Below are positions 25,135-38,365 of a DNA stretch of 64,000 nucleotides, piece after piece. Positions within the stretch are counted from its first letter, which is position 1. Every line of letters starts with the position of its first letter. The position numbers and the translations under genes are program-made. The stretch is from Malacoraja senta. Its lineage: Eukaryota. The stretch lies in contig CM075981.1 in NCBI GenBank assembly GCA_038087875.1, positions 1,364,001 to 1,428,000 of the forward strand. Reading direction: 5' to 3'. The notes beneath the pieces are model-generated. The model did not search any database, had not been told where the DNA came from, and saw nothing but the letters and a program-made list of their open reading frames with translations.

Positions 25135-25870
25135 TGTCTGCCAATGGGATCCCACCACTGGCCACATCTTCCCATCTCCTCCCCTATTGGCTTTCAGCAG
25201 AGACCGCTCCCTCCGTAACTCCCTGGTCAATTCGTCCCTTCCCACCCAAACCACCTCCTCTCCTGGCTCTTTCACTTGCAACCGCAGGAAATGATACACT
25301 TGTCGCTTTACCTCCCCCATTGACTCCATTCAAGGACCCAAGCAGTCTTTCCAGGTACGGCAGAGGTTCACCTGCCCCTCCTCCAACCTCATCTATAGCA
25401 TCCACTGCTCTAGCTGTCAGCTGCTCTACATCGGTGAGACCAAGCGTAGGCTTGACGATCGTTTCGCCCAACACCTCCGCTCGGTCCGCAATAACCAACC
25501 TGATCTCAGGGTGGCTCAGCACTTCAACTCCCCCTCCCATTCCGAATCCGACCTTTCTGTCCTGTGCTTCTTCCATGGCCAGAGTGAGGCCCACCGTAAA
25601 TTGGTGGGAGCAGCACCTCATATTTCGCTTGGGCAGTTTACACCACAGCGGTATGAAGATTGACTTCTTCAATTTCAGGTAATCCCTGCTTTCTCCTCCC
25701 CTTCCCAGCTCTCCCTCAGCCCACTCTCCGCCTCTTCCATTCTTCTTCCCGTCCCCCCAACACTCACATCAGTTTGAAGAAGGGTCTCGACCCGAAACGT
25801 CGCCTATTTCCTTCGCACCATAGATGCTGTCTCACCCGCTGAGATTCTCCAGCATTTTTGTCTACCCATT
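25135..25870 (+). mobile_element. Penelope-like element 3' fragment (GIY-YIG)
   Basis: NLIYSIHCSSCQLLYIGETKRRL..QHLIFRLGSL, followed by the terminal repeat. Confidence 0.85.
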
Positions 25871-26526
25871 CACACATGTTCTGTTATCCCACTTTCCTCA
25901 CCCACTCCCTACACATTAGGGGCAATTTTACAGAGAAAAGTTTTCCAACAAAGCCAATGCGTATTTGGGGTATGGGAGGAAACCCACACGCTTGCAGGGA
26001 GAATGTGCAAATTCAACACGGACAAGTGCCCGTGGACAGGATCGAAACACAGATCTCTGGCGTGTGAGGCAGCAAGTCTACCAGCTGTGCCACTATATTT
26101 TGTTTTCCAACACACAAAAATTATACGTTGATAACTTTGGTTACTAAAAAAATGAAAATATCAATTTTCAGTTTTAAATCTCCAAGTGATGCTATCTCCC
26201 CCTTTACAGCTACTGTATGTTTTAATTAAGTTCAAGACTATGGGGCAGTACATTGGCCATAAAGTTGCTGCCTAAAAGTTCCAGAGACCAGGAATTGATC
26301 CTGAATATGGGTGCTGTCTGTATGGAATTTGTTCCTTTTCCCTTTGATCGCATAGGTTTTCTCCGGGTGCTCTTGTTTCCTTCCACATTCCAAAGGTGTG
26401 CAGGAACCTATTTCACACCCAATCCAACCAATTCAGTTACTCCAGCTTTTGTGTCTATCTTCAGTTTAAATCAGCATCTGCAGTTCCTTCCTACACACAC
26501 AATACTATACGATAGAACTTTACTAA

Positions 26527-26716
26527 NNNNNNNNNNNNNNNNNNNNNNNNNNNNNNNNNNNNNNNNNNNNNNNNNNNNNNNNNNNNNNNNNNNNNNNNNN
26601 NNNNNNNNNNNNNNNNNNNNNNNNNNNNNNNNNNNNNNNNNNNNNNNNNNNNNNNNNNNNNNNNNNNNNNNNNNNNNNNNNNNNNNNNNNNNNNNNNNNN
26701 NNNNNNNNNNNNNNNN
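26527..26716. other. N gap (190 nt)
   Basis: Run of N. Confidence 1.
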
Positions 26717-29700
26717 GTTTTGTTTTCTCGTTTATAACATTGTTTACAGAGCACTTTGTTTACGTCTTCTTTTGAGCTGCTGCAAGTAAGGATTTAATTG
26801 TTCTAACTGGGACGTGAGAGAATAAAACACTCTTGGCTTTCTCCGCTAATGTGTGGGATAGAAATAGTGTACGGGTGATCGGTGGTCGGCGTGGACTCGG
26901 TGGGCCGAAGGGCCTGTTTCCACGCTGTATCTTTAAAATAAACTAAAAACACTAAAACCAGAGGGAGTCTAAAGAAGGGTCTCTACCCGAAACGTCACCC
27001 AATTTCTTCTATCCAGAGTTGCTGGCTGCTCCATGGAGTTCCCCCGCACTAATAAAGCATGGAATAGTCTTCACCCTACCATAGTTACCCAACCAGATGC
27101 AACTAAATTTAAGGTACCTCTTTTTTCCCCAAGAACCCTTTTTTGCTTAAGTCCAAGTCAAGAGTCAAGAGAGTTTTATTGTCGTGTGTCCCAGATAGGA
27201 CAATGAAATTCTTGCTTGCTGCAGCACAACAGAATATGTAAACATAATACAGAACAGGAGATAAAAGTTCAGTGTGTTTATATACCATAGACCATATATG
27301 TACACAATAAATAAACAGATAAATGCAATAGGCTGTTATTGTTCAGCCCTCCACCAGCTCCAGTTTAAATTCCATTTAGAATATTTATGGAGGACCAAGA
27401 AACCAGAAGCAAGAGTTACTCCAGGGAGTTACTCCAGATCCAGGGTCAGGGAGTGATTCTGCGTTGGTTTTCAGCGGTCGCGGCGAGGCGGCGAACGGAC
27501 AGCAATGGCGTCCAGATCTCCCACAAAGCGAGGCAGAAAGTGCCCCGTACCGACCAGTTGCCGTGCCAGTGCGCATGCGCAGGGCTGCCGATGATGTGCT
27601 GGCCGTGGTTGTGCGCATATGCGGGGGGGAGGATGTGCTGGCCGTAGGAGTGCGCATGTGCAATGCGGCCTGCCGTGCCGGCGGATGAGGAACGAGCGGA
27701 GAGCGGAGACCCGGCGGCCCAGACACGGATACAGATGGCGGGCGGAGACGGAGAGTGACAGAGAGAGAGATAGAGAGGGGGTCCCGCCACAAGTTGAACA
27801 GCAGGTGTACTGCCTTGGCCGGAGGCCGCCTAGATTTCGAGGCCGTAAGCTTAGCTTGTGAAACTTATACGTAAATCCGGCCCTGATTGCAGGAGACACA
27901 GAAAAAAGGAAACAACAGTTGGAGATGGCAAATATTGCATATTGAAGATGATGAATATGTACTTGCGCAGAGAATGTTTCTGCTTCAAGGAAAAGCCACG
28001 CTGAGATCATGTTGAATGTTGAGATTAATAAGACACAATAAAGCTTTTTTTTCTCTTCACACGATAATTTTTGACTCGAGAGCCAAGGGTGTTTCATTGT
28101 CATATGTCCCGAAATGTAACAAAGACCTTCTTACTTGAAGCAGCACAATAGGTTTGTAAACACAGTTTCGTAGTCAGTTTCAGTTTAGTTTATTGTCATG
28201 TGTACCAAGGTACAGTGAAAAGCTTTTGTTGCGTGCTAACCAGTCAGCAGAAAGACAATACATTCTTACAATTGAGCCATTACAGTGTATAGATACATGA
28301 TAAGGGAATAACGTTTAGTGCTAGGTTAAGCCAGCAAGTGCTCAATGGATAAAATAACAAGCAAACAAAACAATAAGTTGAACAAATTAAAAAAAATAGA
28401 GCCTATTCGGATCCATAATCAAACCACTCCAAAAGCCCTGGGTTATGAGCTGCATGGCAGGATGAGCTAAGAAGAGGATATTGAGAGTCATTGTGGAATG
28501 CAGTTGGGTTAAGTGAATGCACCATGATGTGGGAAATGCAACATATGAGACAGCAGACGAAGAAAGCAGAAATGCTGAACGGTTTTATTAACGGCAAGAG
28601 ATTGAAAGGTCTTCATGTTTAATTTAGAGATACAGTGGAGGCAGGCACTTCGGCCCGCCGAGTCTGCACCACCAGCAATTAACACTACCCTACACACACT
28701 TGGGCAGTGGGCAGGTGCTATGGACATGCATGGGAAGGTAGACGCACCCGCCCCCACGAGTCTCGGGCAGGTGGGGCTCGTCAGCCTGGGAAAGCAGTCA
28801 ATCTAGGAGAGGGAAAACTCTGATTTAAAATCTCCACTGCCTTGTGGCCATATCCAGTCATGGAAAAGGCTCCTGGAGTAAACCTCAAGAAAATCCGAAG
28901 TCGGAACCCCTAAGGCAGTTCACCATTGTCTACAACCTCGCTCTGGCAGCTATGCGACGCCGCTGGTGCCAAACTGTAACGGCCCTGCTGGTCCTTTGGA
29001 TTGACCAGCGACGTGGAGAGGTGGGACGTGCTGCATGGGCAGCAGCCTGTCCTCCATATGACATCGCCCAGGCTTGCATCCGACCACACATCACCTGAAA
29101 ACTAGGATGCATCACCGATGGTCAGTCATGACCGAGGGGGGTCTACAACACACAATTGGGACAATTTACAATTTTACCAACCCAATTATCCTGCACCTGT
29201 ATGTCGTTGAGGAAAGGAGGAAACCGAAGATCTTCAAGAAAACCCATGTGGTCACGGGGAGAACATACAAACTCTATACAGACAGCACCCGTAGTCGGGA
29301 TTGAACCTGGATCTCTGGCGCTCTAAGCGCTATAAGGCAGCAACTCCACCGCTGCGCCACCATGCTGTGGAGCAGAAGTGCCCAGATATCTCTGAACATG
29401 AATCATTGAAAGTTGACCAATAGTGCAGCTATTAGGAAGGTAAACAGCATGTGGGCAATTGTTGTCAATTATATAGGATTCTGTTGAGAATGCGTCTGGA
29501 ATGTTTTGTAGGTCTGATCTCTATACTTAATGATGGATATACTTGCAAAGGAGAGAGTGCAGCTAAGATTGAACCGTTTGATGCACAGCTGGTAGAGCTG
29601 CTACCTCACAGCACCAGAGGCCCAGGTTCAATCCTGACTATGGGTTCTATTTGTGAAGAGTTTGCATGTACTGCTATGAAGAGACTGCATGGGTTTTCTC

Positions 29701-31354
29701 TGGGTGCTCTTGTTTCCTCCCACATTCCAAAGATCTGCAGTTTTGTAGGTTGATTGGCTTCTGTAAATTTTCCCCAATGTGTAAGATGTGAAAGTGGGAT
29801 CACATAGAACTACTACAAAGGTGAAAGATGGTCAGCATAGACTCAGTGGTCCAAAGGGCCGATTTCAACACTGTATTTAAACTAAACTAAAAATGCAGCA
29901 GTCTGTACTCTGATGAATAAGGGTCTTGACACGAATCATCACCTATTGCTTTTCTCCAGAGATGCTGCCTGACCAGCTGAGTTACTCTAGGTTTTTTGTG
30001 GCTAATTTTATGGAAGCAGGTACAGGAGATACTACTGCTTGTGCATCTGCCTCACAGCTCCAGTCGGTTGGGTTCAATTCCGAACTTCATTGCTTTTTGT
30101 GTGAAGTTTGCATGTTCTCCCTGCGACAGCATTGTTATCCTCTGGATTCTCCAGTGTCCCCCCACATCCCAGAGCATGCTAGGTGGTAGGATAACTGGCA
30201 ACTGTAACATGCAAGGTGAAAGGATGTAGGTTGGGGAACAGACTAATGGGATTGCTCCAAGAGCTGTTATGGAATCGATGGGCCTAAATGGTTTGACAGG
30301 GTAGCTGCAGGGATGAAGCTTCCCCTTTTTTTAAGGTGCATCTGACTCAAAATATGAGGTCAGTCATTCAAGAATGGGACAAGAAGAAGCCTCTTTACAA
30401 AGAATCCTCAGTTGTCTCACCAGGAGGCCGTGAAGGCTCAATCACAGTACAAATCAATATTTTTATTAGAAATTATAGGAAACAAGGGATATGGAATCAG
30501 TTCACAAAAGTGGTGCTGTGTCAGCCATGATGCCTATGAGTGGCAGAGTAAATACAAAGGGCCAATGATCTACTGAAGAGAGACACAAAGTGTAGGAGTA
30601 ACGTAGTGGGTCAGGCAGCATCTCTGGAGATAAAGGATAGGTGTCATTTTAGGTCGAGACATTTCTTCAGACTATAATTTTGCTATATGTTCTCTTCAAA
30701 CTATGAGCACTGCATGGTATGATTTTTGGCACGGTGCTGTTATCTTAGTTGAATGTTGTTTCAAACAATAAAGGAAGTTGATGCTCTGTTTTGTTGACAG
30801 CTTTTTCTCCATCAACCTGCGGCAGAATGGCGCAGCTGGTAGAGCTGCTGCCTCACATCGCCAGAGACCCTGGATCCATAAATCTCTCAGCTACTTTGTG
30901 AGACATGATTTACCTCCCATAAATGCACCATGAACCTGTCCTAATTGGTTGCTAAGATCACATTAACTTTTCCTTGAAAAAAATTACGGAAGTGAGATAC
31001 TGAAATAATCTACTTGGGATTTTCTCATGCGGAGTGTCTCACTTCTGTTTTTCTTTCTGAGAAAGTATATTGAAGGCGTTCAAAACACCTACTAGTTTAT
31101 TTTGCCTAACCTAATGACCTTGCGTATTGAACTCAGACACAATCATTTCATTACCACTATTAGTTCTTTACTGATGTCCAATCGTACACCTACTGTACCA
31201 GCGTCAAAACACAACGCCAAGCGATGCTTTCAAGTGGTTAGTAATTCTTATCGCCACACAGGCGGACTTTAAGGGCAGCAATCTGCCTTGAAATAGATTG
31301 AAGTGAGATATAATGATTTCATTATTTTCTTTGACCTTTATTAACACAGTGTCC

Positions 31355-32000
31355 GATTGTATACTGACATCCCTTCCATTGACTCCATCTACACTACACG
31401 CTGCCTTGGCAAAGCCACCAGCATAACCAGGGATGAGTCGCACCCTGCACACTCCCTCTTCTACCCTCTCCCATCAGGCAAGAGGTACAGAAATATGAAA
31501 ATGCATACCTCCAGATTCAGCTCAGTTTCTTCCCAGTTGTTATCAGAAAATCCTCTCACTGACTAGATAGAAGTCCTAAGCTCTCTTCTACGTCATTGGA
31601 GACCATCAGACTATTTTTACCCAGAATTTACTGGACTTTATCTTGCATTAAATGTTATTCACTTTATCCTGTATCTGTACACTGTGGATGGCTGATTGTA
31701 ATCATGCATAGGTAGACAAAAATGCTGGAGAAACTCAGCGGGTGAGGCAGCATCTATGGAGCGAAGGAATAGGTGATCTTAGCTCTCGACCCGAAACATC
31801 GCATATTCCTTCACTCCATAGAGGCTGCCTTACCTGCTGAGTTTCTCCAGCATTTTTGTCTACCTTCAATTTTTCCGGCATCTGCAGTTCTTTCTTAAAC
31901 AGTAATCATGCATAGTCTTTCTGCTGACTGGAGAGCATGCAACAAAAAGCTTCTCGTTGTACCTCGGTACACGTAACGATAAACTAAACTAAACTAAACT
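31355..32000 (+). mobile_element. Rex1/Babar-like LINE 3' fragment (paralogs about 46545-46735 and 51110-51740)
   Basis: PSIDSIYTTRCLGKA..SHPAHSLFYPLPSGKRYR motif and (AAACT)n tail. Confidence 0.7.
31712..31901. repeat. Fold-back of two head-to-head Penelope termini with a 14-bp target duplication
   Basis: About 65-bp inverted arms within 31711-31864; GTAATCATGCATAG at 31698 and 31902. Confidence 0.8.
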
Positions 32001-32227
32001 TGCCAACCGGACTGTGAATGACATCCTGGCCAAAGGTTTTGTGCAATGAGCACGAAGAGATTTTTAAAAACTTACAATGTTGTTGAGGTTTAATCTGAAA
32101 TCCAATCCCCCTCCCAACCAGTAAGGCTTGCTGGGGAATCTCTTTTCTGGTAATTGTGGGTCAGGTTTGCACTGGGCTACTTAGCTGGTTGTGAGAATCA
32201 AACTTGGAATGAAGCAAAACCCATCAG

Positions 32228-32510
32228 GAACAGTGGTCCAGCGGTAGAGCTGCTGTCTCACAGCGCCAGAGACCTGGATTTGATCCTGACATCAGGCGTT
32301 TGCAAGTTTTCCCTGCGACCACGTGGGTCCTCTCCGGGTGTTCTGGTTTCCCCCCACATCCCAAATATGTACAGGTTTGTAGGTTCATTAGCATCTGTAA
32401 ATTTCCCCCAGTGTGTAGGATGTGAAAATGGGATAACATTGAACTAGAATGGTGTGGAATTGGTTGGCCCGAAGGGACTGTTTCCATGCTGTATCTCTAA
32501 ACAAAACTAA
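32228..32510 (+). mobile_element. tRNA-derived SINE (paralog about 51975-52268)
   Basis: Same family, at the same position in both duplicated blocks. Confidence 0.78.
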
Positions 32511-33099
32511 ATCGCCCACCATTAACAAGCTCCAGACATGAAACAAGACCTGCCCTGAGAACAAAGCCCCAGCCAGGATCACACCCATCACAGTTCAGAA
32601 CAAATCACGCCCACATTGGCATGTCTTGCCCACCACAATGAGTCATTCCTGGTCCAAGGGTGATCAGAGATGTGCGTGCGTGTGTCGATGCTACCTGTCC
32701 TGAAGACCTCTGCAGCCAACATGCAGCATAGACATGGTGGTCCTCTCTCAACTACAGAAAGAGGTGATTCCACAGGTGTGTCCAGACTTGGCACAATCCC
32801 TTCTGACTTTGTCCAGTTATCTTGACCTCGTAAGTTCATAAGTCATGGGAGCAGCATGGAGTCATAGCGTAACTACATTCTATCATTTGATGAAAATTCA
32901 CATTGATTCATGCAATTATTTATGGCCAGTGGGAAGATCTAGCTGTTTGTCAGCAATTGGCTCACTCTTGTTTCACAATCAGGTATCCTGTTGCTTCCGT
33001 CATCATTTTTTTGTAACATTTATTTTCGATGGGCATTTAGTTCTCTGGACTAAGAGCTGAACGACAAACGTCCCAGCATGGGGGTCTGCATCTAAAACG

Positions 33100-33136
33100 A
33101 TGTTGGTGCCAATTCTTCTCATTTGTTTCTTGCCTG
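33100..33136 (+). CDS. Gene B leader exon MLVPILLICFLP
   Basis: ATG, hydrophobic core, G|GTGAGT donor, phase 1; completes a signal peptide when joined to the xSGALW start of a V exon. Confidence 0.82.
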
Positions 33137-33337
33137 GTGAGTAACATTCAGAATTGGACATTCTGGTCATTAGTATTAATTTGCGTGTTATACACTGTTT
33201 CCACTGCAGAGATGCAGTGTTATTAATGTTTAATGTTTTATGCTTCATTCCGAACTGTCACTGTGTGTCATGTTGTCACATGCGGGCGAGGCATCAAGGC
33301 AAATTCCTTGTATGTGAATAATTAGCCAATAGACGTA

Positions 33338-33377
33338 TTCATTCATTCATTCATTCATTCATTCATTCATTCATTCA
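33338..33377. repeat. (ATTC)n microsatellite
   Basis: About 10 units; only about 3 at the paralogous site near 53106. Confidence 0.9.
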
Positions 33378-34781
33378 GGTGGTTCAACATGTGTGGATAC
33401 GTAAAGCTGCAAATTGTTCAGCACATAATAATATGACCAGTATTGGAATACAGTCATGTAAATACCCTCTCTCTGCAACATGGTACGACACAAATCATCA
33501 CCAATGTACCCAATAATTCTAATAGCGCTTGCTTTCCCTCTGTTTCCATCACCTCCCCCTTCCAAGTTCTCCCACCAGTCTTACTGTCTCCGACTACATT
33601 CTATCTCTGTCCTGCCCACTCCCCTGACATCAGTCTAAAGAAGGGTCTCGACCCAAAACGCCACCCATTCCTTCTCTCCAGAGATGCTGCCTGTCCCGCT
33701 GAGTTACTCCAGCATTAGTGTCTACCAGCGGCATGATAATTGATTTATCTAACTGCAAGGAACCCTTGCATTCCCTCTCTCTCCGTCCCTCCCCCACCCT
33801 AGTCTTCTTGCTAATTATACTTTTTGTATTCCTTCGTTATCACCTCATCCCCAGCCAACAATGGACCATTGTGGACTCCACCTTTCTTGAGTTATAGATG
33901 CAGTCTCTGCATTGTTCTGTACTTTCCCATACCTCTAGTTTCCCCCTCCCTGACTCACAATCTGATGAAGGGTCTCGACCCAAAATGTCTCCTATTCAAA
34001 TTTCTCCAGAGATGCTGCCTGACCCGCTGAGTTACTCCAGCATTTTGTGTCTATCCGAGACTATGATTGATTGTGAAATATGCAAAATGGAAGTTTATTT
34101 TTAGAAAGTTCGTCTACGTAATATCTTCAAAGATGCACCCATTCCATTTTATAAACGCTTCAACTAGTTCGTATTAAAATATGTTGTGGAATAACATTGT
34201 CTCCAAATAGGTTCTCTCCAAATTATACAATACCGATTATTTAATATAGGATGTATGAAAAATATAATGGCTCTGGATCATGGATGAAGAAAAAAATGAG
34301 GAACTTGACTGTTTCGACAGCATTCTCGACATTAGTAATCATTGTTTATTTTACCATACTAGCCTAATCTTGCTGTAGTCTACTGCCCCCTTCTGTCCCT
34401 TTGGTCAAATGGAACTTCTGCCAATGTCACTGATTGTCAAAGCAATAATTTATGGTCTTGAACTCAATGTCTTTATGGGCTATTACAGGCAGACAATTAG
34501 TGGTCACACATTTTGGTGGGGTTGGAAGGTGACGTAGAGAGAGGAGCGAGGGAGGGGTGGGGCTGAGGCAGGGGCAGGTAGGTGGCAGATGCACTCGGAA
34601 AGGGAGAGGGATGATGGGAGGAAGATGAGGAGGGGGAGATTTGAGACAAGAGGCCAGTGTGTGGTCGGGGTAAAAGACAAGAGGTTAAACAAGGTTGAAG
34701 TGAAATAGATGGAGATATCTGGGTGGTGAGTAGACTTACCGAGCAACAATACATCCAACACTAACACACTCTCTCTGTGGG

Positions 34782-35070
34782 CAGCACGGTGGCACATGGG
34801 TAGAGTTGCTGCCTCACAGCTCCAGAGACCCAGGTTCGATCCTGACTACATGTGCTGTCTGAACGGAGTTCGTACGTTCTCCCTGTGACCATGTGGGTTT
34901 TCTCCGCATTCTCCGATTTCCTCCCACACTCCAAAGACGTGTAGAATAATTGACTTCACTAAAAATGTACATTATTCTTAGTATGTGTAGTGGGATAGTG
35001 CTAGTGTACGGAGATCGCTAGCTAGTGTGGACTTGGTGGGCAGAAGATCCTGGCTCCACGCTGTATCTTG
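34782..35070 (+). mobile_element. tRNA-derived SINE (paralog about 54646-54960)
   Basis: Same family, in the leader-V intron of genes B and C. Confidence 0.78.
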
Positions 35071-35793
35071 AAAGTCAATTATAAAGCCAGTTCCTCAAGG
35101 CAGTGGAGGGTGACCCAGGGATTCATCCTAGATCTCTGGAGTGGAAAGTAACCCTAGAATGTACTGACCCGGGTGGGGGGAGTACAGACATGGCTGGTCC
35201 AACAATGACAATGACTGCACTTCAGACTAAAATCATTGGGGAACAATGGCTGAAAAGGGCCATGCATGGAGAGGGAGCGCAAATTGGTGGATGACCAAGG
35301 AGGCTTCCCCTCCCCCGCCGTTACCACCCACCACCCACACCACCCCTCTCTACCACCTTTCCCCTTCCTACTAAAGTTTTTCTGAGTAAATGTCCTGACC
35401 CGAAACGTCACCTCTCCATTCCCGCCACAGATGCTGCCTGATCTGCTGAGTAACACTTTTTATTAAATACAAATACTTTTACTCAGAAACAAATCAAACA
35501 TACAAAAAAAGTAACACAATCAAAACTCCCTTTGTGACATTTTACAAACCAACAGCCATCAATTTTAAAATAACGTTGTCATCATCGGTTTTCCATTCGA
35601 CCTCCCGCGGCGACGAGCGTTCACGCAAGGCTTACAAAGTCGCTGATTAACACCGGGACTTTGAGTTTGGCTCAAGGGTAAGTGAATGTCCATACATGGG
35701 TTGGACCATTCAGCCCAACGTTGGTTTGGACAAGAGAGGGTGGGCCAGCAAACGCTGTGATAAGTAGATTTGTCCTGTACATTTTCCTCTCAG

Positions 35794-35935
35794 ATTCAGG
35801 TGCACTGTAGGCAAAGCTATATGCAAGAGGATTTTTGGGAAGAGCGCTCACAATCGATTGTCATTTTGGAGATGAGTACCGCTCACACACAAAATACTGG
35901 TTTCGTTGGAGGAGTCACCAGTGTACAGTTTTAGT
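35794..35935 (+). pseudogene. Gene B V-domain exon, dead and 3'-truncated
   Basis: TAG at 35808-35810 in place of TGG, KYWC changed to KYWF, homology ends where a Penelope fragment begins. Confidence 0.85.
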
Positions 35936-35944
35936 TTAAGAAAA

Positions 35945-36527
35945 AACTACAGATGCTGGAAAATCGAAGGTGGACAAAAATGCTGGAGAAACACAACAGG
36001 TGAGGCAACATCTATGGAGCAAAGGAAATAGGCGATGTTTCGGGTCGAGACCCTTCTTCAGACTGATGTGGGGGTGGTGGGGGGTGGGAAGAAGGAAGGA
36101 AGATGCGGATACAGTGGGCTGTGGGAGATCTGGGTAGGGGAGGGGAAAGAGGGGAAAAGCATGGGACTACCTGAAATTGGAGGTCAATGATCATACCGCT
36201 GGGGTGTAAACTACCCAAGCGAAATATGAGGTGCTGCTCCTCCAATTTACGGTGGACCTCACTCTGGCCATGGAGGAGGCCCAGGACAGAAAGGTCGGAT
36301 TCGGAATGGGAGGGGAAGTTGAGGTGCTGGGAGATCCGGTTGGTTATTGCGAACCGAGCAGAGGTGTTGGTCAAAGCGATCGCCAAGCCTACGCTTGGTT
36401 TCGCCGATGTAGAGCAGCTGACACCTAGAGCAGCGGATGCAATAGATGAGGTTGGAGGAGGTGCAGGTGAACCTCTGCCGCACCTGGAAAGACTGCTTAA
36501 GTCCTTGGATGGAGTCAAGGGGTGAGG
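35945..36527 (-). mobile_element. Penelope-like fragment truncating the gene B V exon
   Basis: NLIYCIRCSRCQLLYIGETKRRLGDRF (ORF 36259..36483, minus strand). Confidence 0.85.
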
Positions 36528-36947
36528 TCTCTTCTCCCAGCTAACAATGATCTATTCTACATTTTCCTTTGATATGCATACCCTTTGTCCCGTTTTCACA
36601 CCTTACAATTCCTTATCCAAGTATCTCCCTCTTCCCTGACTTCAGTCTGAAGAAAGGTCTTGACCTGAAACGTCACCCATTCCTTTCATCCAGAGATGCT
36701 GCCTGGCCCGCTGACTTACTCCAGCATGTTGTACAACCATTTTTTTTGATTGATGGTAACATACAGCATGGATACAGACCATTTGGCCCACCTATTCCAC
36801 GTCAACCAGCAATCAACCCTTTCACACTAGTTCTATATCACCCCACTTTCATGTCTTTTGAGTACCGTAATATTAATAAACATTTTAATCCTGCAACGAG
36901 TTATTAATTTTGTCCACCGTACAAAGGAGTTAAATGAATATAAATAG

Positions 36948-37175
36948 TGGCCACGGTGGAGCAACGGTAGAGATGCTACCTTACAGCACTTGCAGCGCCG
37001 GAGACCCGGGTTCGATCCCGACTACGGGAGCTTTATGTACGGAGTTTGTACGTTCTCCCAGTGACCACGTAGGTTTTCTCCGAGATCTTCGGTTTCCTCC
37101 CACACTCCAAAGACGTACAGGTACGTAGGTTAATTGACTTGCTATAAATGTTAATTGTCCCCAGTGTGTGTAGGC
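36948..37175 (+). mobile_element. tRNA-derived SINE
   Basis: Same family. Further copies at about 8790, 15870, 20392, 21500, 25880, 26240, 29140, 29580, 39170, 44165, 44715, 48745 and 49280. Confidence 0.8.
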
Positions 37176-37184
37176 TGGCAAATT

Positions 37185-37575
37185 TTCAGTCTTAGTATTA
37201 CTGGATCTCAGTGCTGCATTTGACACGGTCGATCACACCATATTACTAGACTGATTGGAAAACTGGGTTGGACTTTCTGGCACAGTACTAAACTGCTTTG
37301 AATCCTACTTAAAGAACAGGGACTACTTTGTGTCTATAGATAATTACACCTCAGAGCAGACAAATATGACATGCGGAGTTCCCCATTCCGGGCCCTCTTC
37401 TGTTTAGCATCTACATGCTCCCACTGGCATATATTACGGAAAACAACAAAAAAAGTTACCATAATTATGCCGACGACACACAAATTTACATAACCATATC
37501 ACCAGGGGACTATGGACCAATCCGAATACCGAGTAAGTGCATCGAACAAATCAACGACTGGATGTGCCAAAACTT
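37185..37575 (+). mobile_element. L2-clade RT fragment
   Basis: LVLLDLSAAFDTVDH..CGVP..PLLFSIYMLP..YADDTQIY read across stops. Confidence 0.8.
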
Positions 37576-37700
37576 GTTTTTCAATTAAACAACCCGAAAC
37601 TTCACCCATTCCTTCTCTCCAGAGATGCTGCCTGTCCCGCTGAGTTACTCCAGCATATTTTGTCTAACTTTAATTGTCTTTTATTTCCTTTTCTCAACAG

Positions 37701-37809
37701 AACCTGAATCTAATCCAGGATCGTCAACAACAGTAGCATTTACTTCAAATACAAATGTAACACACGAATACAATCATCAGGAAAGCACTGCGCCCAGTTT
37801 CTCTCACAG
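37701..37809 (+). CDS. Gene B Ser/Thr-rich stalk exon (open)
   Basis: ttctcaacag acceptor, AG|GTATAA donor, phase 1 to 2, EPESNPGSSTTVAFTSNTNVT..SFSHR. Confidence 0.75.
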
Positions 37810-37904
37810 GTATAATGTTCTCTTGCTCAAGTTTTGATTGGCCTTGCTTTTCAATATGAGAGGTGGAGACACAAGGAACTGTAGATACATACATAGATAC
37901 ATAC

Positions 37905-38365
37905 ATAGATAGATAGACAATAGGTGCAGGAGTAGGCCATTCAGCCCTTTGAGACAGCACCGCCATTCAATGTGATCATGGCTGACCATCCACAATCCGT
38001 ACCCCATTCCTGTCTTCTCCCCATATACCTTGATTCTGCTAGCAATAAGAGCTCTATCTAACTCTCTTTTGAATGGATCCATTGAATCGGCCTGCACTGC
38101 CTTCTGAGGCAAAGACTTCCACAGATTCACAACTCTCTGGCTGAAAACGTTTTTCCTCCTCTCAGTTCTAAGTGGCCTAACCCTTATTCTTCAGGACTCC
38201 CCCAACCTCGGGAACATGTTTTCTGCATCTCGCGTATCCAATCCCTTAATAATTTTACATGTGTCTAGAAGATCCCCTCGCATCCTTCTAAATTCCAGTG
38301 ACTACAAGCCCAGTCGCTCCATTCTTTCATCATATGACAATCCCGCCATCCCGGGAATTAACCTT
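37905..38365 (-). mobile_element. CR1-type LINE 3' fragment
   Basis: Minus-strand NLWKSLPQKAV..FKRELD motif (ORF 37804..38130). Confidence 0.8.

Larger units (their letters stand above)
23995..27885. mobile_element. Non-autonomous hAT-type DNA transposon with nested insertions
   Basis: 14-bp TIRs CAGGGCCGGATTTA/TAAATCCGGCCCTG, 8-bp TSD ATCGCAGG/ATTGCAGG, empty site in the paralog near 43093-43100; no transposase ORF seen. Confidence 0.88.
22940..36527 (+). repeat. Segmental duplication paralogous to about 47690-56400 (and in part 42570-46740)
   Basis: Colinear unique sequence, repeats, promoter, leader and dead V exon. Confidence 0.88.

Noticed and set aside
15523-26716. Hidden features in the two N runs
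   Set aside because: Unreadable; 131 and 190 nt as given are too short for a full Ig exon, although true gap sizes are unknown.
27385-27861. Transposase or gene in GC-rich ORFs inside the hAT element
   Set aside because: Short low-complexity ORFs in several frames, no DDE or BED motifs.
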